From positions 1 to 61,602 of the forward strand of contig JAYZAC010000099.1 in the NCBI GenBank assembly GCA_036339875.1: a DNA stretch of 61,602 bases, written 5' to 3'. This document shows, piece after piece, positions 18,635 to 27,368 of the stretch. The notes beneath the pieces were generated by a model. That model searched no databases. It was not told the DNA's origin and saw only the letters and a program-made list of their open reading frames with translations. The stretch is from a bacterium (GTDB lineage Bacteria; Muiribacteriota; UBA6191). The translations under genes were made by a program, and so were the position numbers. Within the stretch, counting starts at the first letter, position 1. Every line of letters starts with the position of its first letter.

Positions 18635-18770
18635 TTCGAACTGTTCCACCTGCGAAACAACTAACATCGACATCAATTCAATCTGTTTTGTATAAAAACA
18701 AACAATTTCTTAAAATGTTTTTTCACCGATACAAGCAGTCTCTAGCCATGTCAGAATATGTACGTTTTAG

Positions 18771-18785
18771 CTTGTTTGAAACAAG
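18771..18785. promoter_or_regulatory. perfect palindrome CTTGTTT-G-AAACAAG, candidate operator
   Basis: 7-bp arms, 83-97 nt upstream of the MerR-like gene start. It shares the GAAACAR core with sites at 18654-18660 and 19472-19478. Confidence 0.3.
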
Positions 18786-18867
18786 TTAATCTGATAAATT
18801 CGAATTGTCAAAATTAAAGCAAGAAACCTACAGCTTTGGATAACTAAATCCACAGGAGAATGAGTCA

Positions 18868-19437
18868 GTGTACGTAGAAGACGAATCAATTTATAATTCA
18901 AAACGATTAAAGCTAGATGAGATATCGGAACAGTTCGAGGTCGGAATCAATTCATTGAGATATCATATTAAAAAGCTCAAACCACTGTTTTTAGATGTTT
19001 CCAGAGACCGCTATAATCGCTTTCTATTTACACCCTCGCAGGTCGATAGATTACTTTTTATTCACAGACTTAAAGGGCAAGGATACCCTTATGAAAAAAT
19101 TAAAGAACAATTTAGTACTGGATCCGAACAAAATCTGAACAGTCTTGAAACCGAGATATCAATTAACGATATAAACTCATCCACAACAATGAAAAGGGAA
19201 TGGGAACGTAAATTAGAACAAATGGAAAGTCATCAAAAAAAATTGCATGAGATCAACAAAATATTGATAAAAACCAATAAACAATTAGATACCATGATCA
19301 CAGAACAAAATGTAAAAATTGACTCTCTAGAAGAGAGGGTAGCATTGCTCATTGACCTACATACAGAGAGTCTGCTAAAACGTGGACTGAGCTTTATGGG
19401 AAACTACGAGGATATAACAGATAATCATGAAGAATAA
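18868..19437 (+). CDS. MerR-family HTH protein with a long C-terminal coiled coil
   Basis: GTG start 9 nt after AGGAG (18854-18858). The N-terminus LKLDEISEQFEVGINSLRYHIKKL...RFLFTPSQVDRLLFIHRLKGQGYPYEKIKEQF follows the MerR HTH-wing pattern. The C-terminal half is heptad-like. Confidence 0.7.
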   Translation: MYVEDESIYNSKRLKLDEISEQFEVGINSLRYHIKKLKPLFLDVSRDRYNRFLFTPSQVDRLLFIHRLKGQGYPYEKIKEQFSTGSEQNLNSLETEISINDINSSTTMKREWERKLEQMESHQKKLHEINKILIKTNKQLDTMITEQNVKIDSLEERVALLIDLHTESLLKRGLSFMGNYEDITDNHEE

Positions 19438-19463
19438 GTCTAGCCAACTTAAAGCGCACAAGT

Positions 19464-19478
19464 GAACAGGCGAAACAG
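19464..19478 (+). repeat. direct repeat GAACAG-GC-GAAACAG upstream of the 19580 gene
   Basis: Read directly: GTGAACAGGCGAAACAGAA, about 100 nt upstream of the ATG. Confidence 0.3.
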
Positions 19479-19579
19479 AATCATAATTAATATTATGTTA
19501 ACTAAATAAAACATTGCATAACCTTAACAATAAATTCGTAAATCCCGAATACTTATATTAGACCTAAAGTGTTCAACCA

Positions 19580-20386
19580 ATGGAAACTCAAGAATTCATC
19601 TCTATAAAAGAAGCTTGTCAAATTTTAGGTTGTGGTCGTACGAAAATATATACGTACTACATTAAAGAGGGGCTTCTTACAATCAAAATGAAACGTGGCA
19701 ATAGATCGTTTTTCTTAAAATCAGATGTTATTGCTATCCATAATCTAGAGAATACTCCTCGAGAATATTATCTACACCCTCAAAAACAAGTTCATACTGA
19801 AGAATCATCAAATCACTTCAACAAAGCAACTAATGAAACTTCAGATAATATCAATAACACAGATATTCATAACAACCCCTCACATCATTTAGGAAAATTA
19901 AATAGCGGAGAAATATTTAAACCTGATGATAATCACAAATTACACTCAAGAATTCGTGAATTAGAAGACCAACTATTACGAAGAGAGCAGCAAATCGAAG
20001 AATTCCAAAAGCAATTACACAATACAATCCCACTGGTGGAGTATCACAAAGAGTTAGAGGAGAACCAAAAGCTCGTCGAACAAACTCGCGAACAACTTAA
20101 ACATAGTGAGGAATCACTAAATTCAGCTAAAGAACAATCCGAACAACTGTCATTAGAGAAGGAAAAACTTAGTGAACAGTTCGATCAGAGTCTCCATTTA
20201 GCCGTTCAACTTAAACACAAACTTGAAATCGAACAGCGGCGAAAGGTACAGTTACATAAACTTCAATTGCGATGGAAAGAATTACAGTTACAATTAGCCC
20301 AGTGTGGCTTTTTTGATATTTCCAGTCGAATACAAATACATCGCGAAATCAAACTGATTCAAGAATCAATACGAAAATTTCGTTAG
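19580..20386 (+). CDS. excisionase/MerR-superfamily HTH (HTH_17-like) protein with a long coiled coil
   Basis: ISIKEACQILGCGRTKIYTYYIKEGLL matches the excisionase-type HTH pattern. Residues about 110-268 are Q-, E-, L- and K-rich and heptad-like. Confidence 0.65.
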   Translation: METQEFISIKEACQILGCGRTKIYTYYIKEGLLTIKMKRGNRSFFLKSDVIAIHNLENTPREYYLHPQKQVHTEESSNHFNKATNETSDNINNTDIHNNPSHHLGKLNSGEIFKPDDNHKLHSRIRELEDQLLRREQQIEEFQKQLHNTIPLVEYHKELEENQKLVEQTREQLKHSEESLNSAKEQSEQLSLEKEKLSEQFDQSLHLAVQLKHKLEIEQRRKVQLHKLQLRWKELQLQLAQCGFFDISSRIQIHREIKLIQESIRKFR

Positions 20387-20593
20387 ATCTTGTATTAAAT
20401 TCCAATATTTAGTGAAATTTAGACCTCTAAAGCCGCATTAATAAAGGTTGGTTTAAATAGAAGCAAAATAAAGGCTTTTTACGAACTAATCATACATCTG
20501 ACCTCAAAATCAAACTAAATCACTTTATCTTATTTCAGTAAATTGAAGCAAAAAATTACAAAAATAAACATCAAAATAGGGGAGTTCTATTAT

Positions 20594-21883
20594 TTAGTTA
20601 ACATAACGTACATTCTGCGCAGTAAATCCGTAGCCCTCATAGACGCTACGATATTTTAGCCAGTCGTTTAGAACTTTAGATATATAACGATAAGTCTCCT
20701 TAAACTTAACCTCAGTTATGAAGGCTTTATTTTTTCGTTTTGATCGTTCAAACCATTTCCTTACAACTGTTTCGCCAGCATTGTAGGACGCGATTATCAA
20801 ATCCGCCCTGTCATACTTGACTTGGAGCTGACTGAGGAACAACGTAGCTAAATGAATATTCAATTGAATATCCTTAAGCTTTCTACAATTAAATGTATCT
20901 TTCCTCTTTATCGACTTTAAACTCAACCCATAAGCTTTAAGTTGAGACTCACTTAATTCCCTGCTCAATGATTGTGCAGTTCTAGGCATCACCTGCATCA
21001 AACCACAAGCTCCAGCTGAACTTATTTTCGTAGGATCAAATCCGGACTCAACGCTCATTATGCTGTATAACAAGTTAAAATCAAAAGATATGAAGTATCC
21101 AAGATTTTCTACAAATGACCAGTGAGGTCGTGGATGTAGAGCACGTAATACTGCTCGATTAGAGCCCATAAAGTTTTGAACAACTTCCCAACCAAGCTCC
21201 TCTAGTGATAACTCTAAACTTCGTTTTGAACGTCGATAATCTGATAGCTTTGAATAACACCCATATAGTCTGTAATACAAAATGCCTCTGAAAGCTTGGC
21301 GATAATTTGATACACCCGAATCTACTGCGGTCATCAGCATTGCATATGTAGCCTTGCTCATCAACTCGGATGTATTATAAACGTTATATTCGTTTGAAAC
21401 GAAAGCCGGGAGATTCCCGTTCAGAAGCTGCTTGGCATGCGCCTCTCTTTTTAATAAATCTCCTGTTATTTCTGCGCATTTGACGTAGTCTCCTTGAAGG
21501 AAACTTCTCTCCGCGAGTACCATTAACTTCAAAGCATGCAATGTGTTCGACTTCCAAGAAAAATTAGAATTATCATGCTCCTTAAATTTATCAATCGATA
21601 TATAATCATAAGTTAGCGAACCTTTACCCCAGTCCTTCTTATCTACCCAATCGACAAAATCCTTATAACTGATCTCTACGCCAAAACTTTTACTCAAAGT
21701 TTTATTTGCTAAGACAATCCATTTTGAACTTAAATCATGCTGGGATGCTTGAGAATGCTTTATTAAAGTGGCATTAAATAATTTTAATTGCAGACCTTTA
21801 AGACAGAAGTGTGTGTAAATCGTGCAGCATAAAAAGAATGCACACAAAGCCAAATAAACAAAATTTTCGAATTTCTTTGACAT
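20594..21883 (-). CDS. lytic murein transglycosylase (SLT domain), membrane-anchored
   Basis: Catalytic block SVESGFDPTKISSAGACGLMQVMP plus ASYNAG. It has an N-terminal hydrophobic anchor. Confidence 0.85.
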   Translation of the reverse strand: MSKKFENFVYLALCAFFLCCTIYTHFCLKGLQLKLFNATLIKHSQASQHDLSSKWIVLANKTLSKSFGVEISYKDFVDWVDKKDWGKGSLTYDYISIDKFKEHDNSNFSWKSNTLHALKLMVLAERSFLQGDYVKCAEITGDLLKREAHAKQLLNGNLPAFVSNEYNVYNTSELMSKATYAMLMTAVDSGVSNYRQAFRGILYYRLYGCYSKLSDYRRSKRSLELSLEELGWEVVQNFMGSNRAVLRALHPRPHWSFVENLGYFISFDFNLLYSIMSVESGFDPTKISSAGACGLMQVMPRTAQSLSRELSESQLKAYGLSLKSIKRKDTFNCRKLKDIQLNIHLATLFLSQLQVKYDRADLIIASYNAGETVVRKWFERSKRKNKAFITEVKFKETYRYISKVLNDWLKYRSVYEGYGFTAQNVRYVN

Positions 21884-22081
21884 AAGTAAATCAAGAATAA
21901 TTTAAAATTATACCGAATAATCATCATATCGATTGAGGATACGACATATTCAATGTACCAAATCGGTTTAAATATACATGGAGGATCTTAGAAGGCCAGG
22001 CCTGATTCTGTAAACCTACAGTTCATTAAAGCTAATAAATCAGATTGGAACAATATAGCCTTGCGTGTAGAATAACTAACT

Positions 22082-23494
22082 ATGGATTTTTTACTTCTTC
22101 TGGCAGAATCTGAAAATCAAATACAGACAATTCTAGATAATCTTCAGGAACATTATCAAACAGCCCTACTCGAACTTGGAGACCCTGTCAATACTATAGT
22201 GGGAGTAGGACAGCCTAGCGCTATACTATATTTCGCTTCTTTTGGCTCAAATAATATTGAAAATTGCATGAGTCTTAGACGTAATTACCCAGGCATCCCA
22301 TTAATCTTTTTACACGATCTAGATGGAAGGGTTAGAGAACGTAGTAAAATAGAGCCAATCGTAGACGCATTTTTAAGCGATACACCTCCACCGAGTTTGA
22401 TGCTGGATATAATACAAACTCAAATTGATAAGTCGAATAATCGCAGCCAGATAGCTCAACCCCCAACAGCTTTAAGCGATAATTCTGAGAACAGCGTGGC
22501 ACCAGCAATGCAAAAGGTCATGAAAATCGCTGCAAAAGTTGCGCCAACTGACGCCACTATTTTAATAATGGGCGAAAGCGGAACAGGTAAAGAAGTTACA
22601 GCAAAATGGATCCACAATAATTCTCGAAGGAAAAATAAACCTTTTGTCGCAATTAATTGTGGAGCTATCACAGAAACAATATTGGAATCTGAGTTATTTG
22701 GACATAAACGTGGATCTTTCACGGGGGCTGATATAGATAAAACCGGCCTATTCGAAGCTGCTCATCAGGGCACTCTATTTCTTGATGAAATTGGTGAAAT
22801 GCCTCTTAATCTACAAGTCAAACTATTGAGAGTCCTTCAAGAAAAAAGAATACGCCGAGTTGGTGATGTGGAAGATATCGCTGTTAACGTCAGAATCATA
22901 GCAGCCACAAACAAAGATCTTAAAAAGCAGGTTGAAAACAATAAGTTTAGAGAAGATTTATACTATCGATTCAATGTAGTACCACTAAATCTACCACCCT
23001 TACGAAACAGACGGGAGTCACTACCTCACCTAATTGAAAAATTTCTGTATAGTTATAGCCAAGAACATAGAAAAATTATACAAGGACTTGCTCCCGCTAC
23101 CACTAACACATTAATGAATTATGAGTATCCAGGAAATATCCGTGAGCTACAGAATATTATCGAATATTCGGTAATCATGTGCGAATCAAACATTATTCAA
23201 CCACAGGATCTACCTACTGAAATGCAGGCGGGTGGCCCTATGAACCTCTTACCTGCACCGGTCGATGGAAATCATCTGAATGGAGTAGAAACTCTAGACG
23301 AATTCATTCGAATAAAGTACTCAGTACTCGAACCCTCCATCGATGATATAGAGAAAATAATGATCCAAGAACGTATGTCGCGCTTCTGTGAAAATCAAAA
23401 ACAAGTAGCTGACTCCCTCGGAATATCCAGAACCAGTCTATGGAGAAAATTGAAAGAATATAAGATTACAGACAAAAAAGATAATAATTCCTGA
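22082..23494 (+). CDS. sigma-54-dependent transcriptional activator (bEBP) with a degenerate N-terminal receiver-like domain
   Basis: Walker A GESGTGKE, ESELFGH, GSFTGA (a GAFTGA variant), Walker B LFLDEIGE, and a C-terminal HTH VADSLGISRTSLWRKL. The N-terminus LLLAESE lacks the DD acidic pocket. Confidence 0.9.
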   Translation: MDFLLLLAESENQIQTILDNLQEHYQTALLELGDPVNTIVGVGQPSAILYFASFGSNNIENCMSLRRNYPGIPLIFLHDLDGRVRERSKIEPIVDAFLSDTPPPSLMLDIIQTQIDKSNNRSQIAQPPTALSDNSENSVAPAMQKVMKIAAKVAPTDATILIMGESGTGKEVTAKWIHNNSRRKNKPFVAINCGAITETILESELFGHKRGSFTGADIDKTGLFEAAHQGTLFLDEIGEMPLNLQVKLLRVLQEKRIRRVGDVEDIAVNVRIIAATNKDLKKQVENNKFREDLYYRFNVVPLNLPPLRNRRESLPHLIEKFLYSYSQEHRKIIQGLAPATTNTLMNYEYPGNIRELQNIIEYSVIMCESNIIQPQDLPTEMQAGGPMNLLPAPVDGNHLNGVETLDEFIRIKYSVLEPSIDDIEKIMIQERMSRFCENQKQVADSLGISRTSLWRKLKEYKITDKKDNNS

Positions 23495-23559
23495 GTTTTG
23501 TCACTCTCTACAGTAAAGACCATCAATTCGGCCCAAGAACACTCCATTCAGGCTTTCTT

Positions 23560-24828
23560 TTGTTCGATACACTTGGAATGCTGCAGTTAAATCGAATCTT
23601 GATATTCTCACTCTATTGGCTGCTTAATGCATCCCTTACCTTTGCTTATTTTGGTGTTAATGATTCACCCAAATTCCGGAGAGGATCTTCTATCCATGCC
23701 CATTCTGCAAGACTCTTGTTAGATCGAAATAAAAATGAGGATGCCGTTCAACAAATTAAGAAAGCTCTACATTCCCATCCGGGTAATCGGGGACTTTCAA
23801 TTAAGTTAGCCCAGATGTATTACTCTTCAGGTAAATTAGACAAAAGCCTCGAGCTATTGTTACCTTTTCAAGCCCTCAGTACTCGTAAAAGCAATGTCTA
23901 TTACTATATAGGCCTATGTTATGACAGAAAAAAGCAGTACAAAGACGCCTATATTTACTATAAAAAAGCATTCAAACTAGATCCAACTCACTATAAATCT
24001 AAACTTCGTATCGCTCAATTATTCATCAAGAAAGGTCTTTACTATGATGCTGCAACTCATCTCAAGAACTTATTAGAAATAAACCCTGATTACCAACCAG
24101 CTCAACTGGAATTTGAACTTACGCTACGACTGATAAAAGAAAATAAACACAATATTTTTCGTCGAGGCAATTTGGTAGTGACTTTCCCTGACTATAACCT
24201 GATTCGCGATATCGAAGAATGGTATCCATTTTTACAGGAAAAAGTTTTTTACATCCAAAACGCTCTGGGCATCCAAAACCAAGTTGTCTGGATTAAAGTT
24301 GTACCCAAAATAGAGACTCGTGCCAACCCTCCAGCACAATTTCGACGAATGGAAAACAAAATCTACCTTACGGTAGACACATTAAAAAGAAAATATACCA
24401 GTCTTTTTGCGCACGAATTGAGCTATATGCTATTGCATCAAATGGACATTAATAAGGCACCCGAATGGCTAAAGGAAGGTATGGCAATGTACTTCTCGCA
24501 GCCAAATTTATTAAAACATTTAACCTTAAGAAGAATGCGAACCGGAGACGACATTTTCAAGCAGAGTTTCCCACAGGACAAAAACTATCTACACTACAAT
24601 CGCCTAAGCCAAAAAGAAAAGCATAATCTTATGCATGCATTTCTAATCGTCAAATACCTCATTACCCAATATGGTTGGAGTAATTTTGAGAGATTTGTTA
24701 AGAAATTTGAATCTGGAACTCACTCTACTGCGGATGCGATCTGGGATGTTTATCACATTAAGTACCGTAAATTTTTAATGGATTTCGACATGTACATGAT
24801 ATCCAGACATTTCTTCAAGACGAGCTAA
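23560..24828 (+). CDS. secreted TPR protein with a peptidase-MA-like C-terminal domain (HExxH degenerated to HExxY)
   Basis: TTG start at 23560 (ATG alternative at 23578). It has a hydrophobic N-terminus, TPR units, then FAHELSYMLLHQ...PEWLKEGMAMYF, resembling HExxH...WL.EG.A.Y of peptidase_MA_2-like proteins. Confidence 0.7.
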   Translation: MFDTLGMLQLNRILIFSLYWLLNASLTFAYFGVNDSPKFRRGSSIHAHSARLLLDRNKNEDAVQQIKKALHSHPGNRGLSIKLAQMYYSSGKLDKSLELLLPFQALSTRKSNVYYYIGLCYDRKKQYKDAYIYYKKAFKLDPTHYKSKLRIAQLFIKKGLYYDAATHLKNLLEINPDYQPAQLEFELTLRLIKENKHNIFRRGNLVVTFPDYNLIRDIEEWYPFLQEKVFYIQNALGIQNQVVWIKVVPKIETRANPPAQFRRMENKIYLTVDTLKRKYTSLFAHELSYMLLHQMDINKAPEWLKEGMAMYFSQPNLLKHLTLRRMRTGDDIFKQSFPQDKNYLHYNRLSQKEKHNLMHAFLIVKYLITQYGWSNFERFVKKFESGTHSTADAIWDVYHIKYRKFLMDFDMYMISRHFFKTS

Positions 24829-25949
24829 TCTTTCGCCGACACGAGCGAATTTTCCAGCAAAGCACCTTTTTCAGGGGGATCAAACATATTTTTGATTCTG
24901 AGCTGAGCACCCCGAGCCAAGTCAGCAGCTAAAGCCGGATTATCAATCAATGACATTACATTTTTTGCCATAGAAGCTGAATCTCTCACATTAGAGAGAA
25001 GACCTGATTTACCATGTTCGACTATTTCACCAACTCCACCGACATCAAAAGCGCAAATAGGAATTCCGAATTCGCTAGCCTCCACATTAACCATTCCCAA
25101 ACCCTCAACAATTGAAGGTAATAACATAATATCGATAGACGAATAAATTTGAGGCTTAGAACAGTGGCCGTGAAACAAAACATTATTGATCAACCCCATT
25201 CTATGAACTTTTTCTCTTATCTCATTCTGTAATGGGCCCATACCAAAAAAATGCAAACATAATTTATTTTTATCAAACGTGTTAAACGATAGAATCGACC
25301 TCAAAACCTCCAGGGAATACACATGTCCTTTCAAGGGAACGAAGTTACCTACCTGACCTAAATTAATATTTACATCAAAAATCGGTTTAACAACATCCCT
25401 CAGAGTCAATTTAAGGGGGTAGTAGTGAAGGAAAATACGCTCCCTCGGAACTCCTAAAAGAATACACTGATCTGCGATGTTTTCAGAAGCGACTAACACT
25501 CGGTAGGCTCCCGATATTCCGCGTCTATCTTGCTCATCTATCCAATATGGCCTCCCTAAACCAAAACCATGGCAATAGTGCGTAAATCTAAACCCTGCCA
25601 ACCTCATAACATCCGCCGAAAAGCCCCCATGAGTTACAATCGCAACTTTTTTATTAGTTACTAACTCATCTACACATTTATGAAGACTCTGAGCTGTCCA
25701 AGACTCCCGAATAAAGGTAGATTCAACTAAGTGAGTAGAAACCCCTAATTCCCATATTTCTGACAACTCTTCAAAACCATGATTTAACCCTTGAAAAGGT
25801 TGAGGAAGAATTAACCTTTGTTCAAAACCCAATGATTTTAATAGCTTAATCAATTGGATAGTACCTTTTCCTGAGCCATGTTTGAGAAATTGGCAGACAT
25901 GAATCACAGATTTTAGTGAGGGCTTTTTCGAGGAATCTAAGTAATGCAT
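24825..25949 (-). CDS. glycosyltransferase family 4 (GT-B)
   Basis: C-terminal EGLGMVNVEASEFGIPICAFDVGGVGEIVEHGKSGLL (EX7E region). Confidence 0.85.
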   Translation of the reverse strand: MHYLDSSKKPSLKSVIHVCQFLKHGSGKGTIQLIKLLKSLGFEQRLILPQPFQGLNHGFEELSEIWELGVSTHLVESTFIRESWTAQSLHKCVDELVTNKKVAIVTHGGFSADVMRLAGFRFTHYCHGFGLGRPYWIDEQDRRGISGAYRVLVASENIADQCILLGVPRERIFLHYYPLKLTLRDVVKPIFDVNINLGQVGNFVPLKGHVYSLEVLRSILSFNTFDKNKLCLHFFGMGPLQNEIREKVHRMGLINNVLFHGHCSKPQIYSSIDIMLLPSIVEGLGMVNVEASEFGIPICAFDVGGVGEIVEHGKSGLLSNVRDSASMAKNVMSLIDNPALAADLARGAQLRIKNMFDPPEKGALLENSLVSAKD

Positions 25950-26076
25950 GTTATTTTAGAGTATAATAATTGAAGGTTTTTTTTGTAAAAGCATTAATTA
26001 AAACAGCATTTGTGCCGATAGTTATAATAAGCCCTTATTTTATTTTAGGATTCTAGCTCAATCCAGGAGTGTTTCA

Positions 26077-27363
26077 ATGAAAGTTACCTTTGTAGTACCG
26101 CCATCAAAGTTCCTACTGAACGAATATGTCTATCCATCGCTTGGAATACTATACGTTGCTGGCGCTGCGAGAGAAGCTGGTTACAAGGTAAATTGCATCA
26201 TTCCAAGCATTGAAGAACTAGACAAACCGATTGATGCAGACGTTATTTGCGTTACGGGAACAACTCCACAATTTGATGGTATGGTAGATGTGGCGAAGGC
26301 AAATCCCGGGAAACGCTTAATTGCGGGGGGGCCACACGCATCTGCAGACCCATACTCGCTAATTGAAGCTGGCTTCGATACAGTGGTAATTGGAGAGGGA
26401 GAGCAGGCTATAATTGAGGCACTTCAAGGCCGTAAAGGAGTATTTGCTAGTTCACGTATCAAAGAACTAGATGATTTAGCCCCTCCTGCCAGAGATCTTA
26501 TACCTATGGATCGCTATGCATATGATCTCCAAGGGCATCGATCAACTTACATAATGGCAAACCGAGGATGTTCTTGGAAATGTGGATTTTGCTCCAAACC
26601 ATGGGATAAAGATAAAGTTACCAGACGATCTGTAGATAGTGTGATAGCGGAAGTCATTCATTTAAGGGATGACTTAGGGTTCACAGGAGTTATGTTCTTT
26701 GATGATGTCTTTACCATGAGCCTAAAATGGCTAACCGAATTTTGTGAGAAAATCGCTCCACTCAATATGATTTGGCGATGCTTCTTGAGAGCTGATACGG
26801 CATCCTATAAAAAATTAAAAATGATGAAGGATTCTGGCTGTGTTGAAGTAGGTGTAGGTGTCGAATCAGGCTCCAATAAAATTTTAAAGATCATCAATAA
26901 AGGAGAATCTGTAGAAGCCAATAGTATGGCGAGAGAAATATGTAGGCAAGTAGGCATACGGTTCAAGTCTTTCTTTATCGTAGGACTTCCCGGTGAAAAC
27001 TATGATACTGCGGAAGAAACGCGTCAATGGATTCTACAAAACGAACCCGATGCATACTCTCTGTTTATATTTGTCCCGCTGCCCGGAGCCCCTATTTATG
27101 AAGCAATCAAAAGAAATACTGGACAGTATGACTATCAACTAGATATCGATGATTTTAGACATCGATACTGGGGAGGAATTATGACTGACCAAATCTCCCC
27201 TGGCCACACAAGCGCTCTTTCAAGAACCGAAATAGTTCGATTACGTAATGAAATGGCTGCCGATCTTAATTCTAAAGGTATCAGGGATCGAAATAATATA
27301 ATCACACAAGAAAACTTTAACGATGGAAATTTGTTTAACACTGATGTTAGGCAAGTCGGCTAA
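26077..27363 (+). CDS. B12-binding-domain radical SAM protein
   Basis: CSWKCGFC (CxxxCxxC, 26569-26592) follows an N-terminal Rossmann-like cobalamin-binding-type domain (VICVTGTT...GGPHAS). Confidence 0.85.
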   Translation: MKVTFVVPPSKFLLNEYVYPSLGILYVAGAAREAGYKVNCIIPSIEELDKPIDADVICVTGTTPQFDGMVDVAKANPGKRLIAGGPHASADPYSLIEAGFDTVVIGEGEQAIIEALQGRKGVFASSRIKELDDLAPPARDLIPMDRYAYDLQGHRSTYIMANRGCSWKCGFCSKPWDKDKVTRRSVDSVIAEVIHLRDDLGFTGVMFFDDVFTMSLKWLTEFCEKIAPLNMIWRCFLRADTASYKKLKMMKDSGCVEVGVGVESGSNKILKIINKGESVEANSMAREICRQVGIRFKSFFIVGLPGENYDTAEETRQWILQNEPDAYSLFIFVPLPGAPIYEAIKRNTGQYDYQLDIDDFRHRYWGGIMTDQISPGHTSALSRTEIVRLRNEMAADLNSKGIRDRNNIITQENFNDGNLFNTDVRQVG

Positions 27364-27368
27364 AGCCG

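Noticed and set aside
22497-22512. TGGCAC-CAGCA-ATGCA, a near-consensus sigma-54 -24/-12 element inside the bEBP gene, at the start of its AAA+ domain.
   Set aside because: It lies within coding sequence. The predicted start site (about 22523) falls after the in-frame Met codons that could give a REC-less protein. Single near-matches like this are expected by chance.
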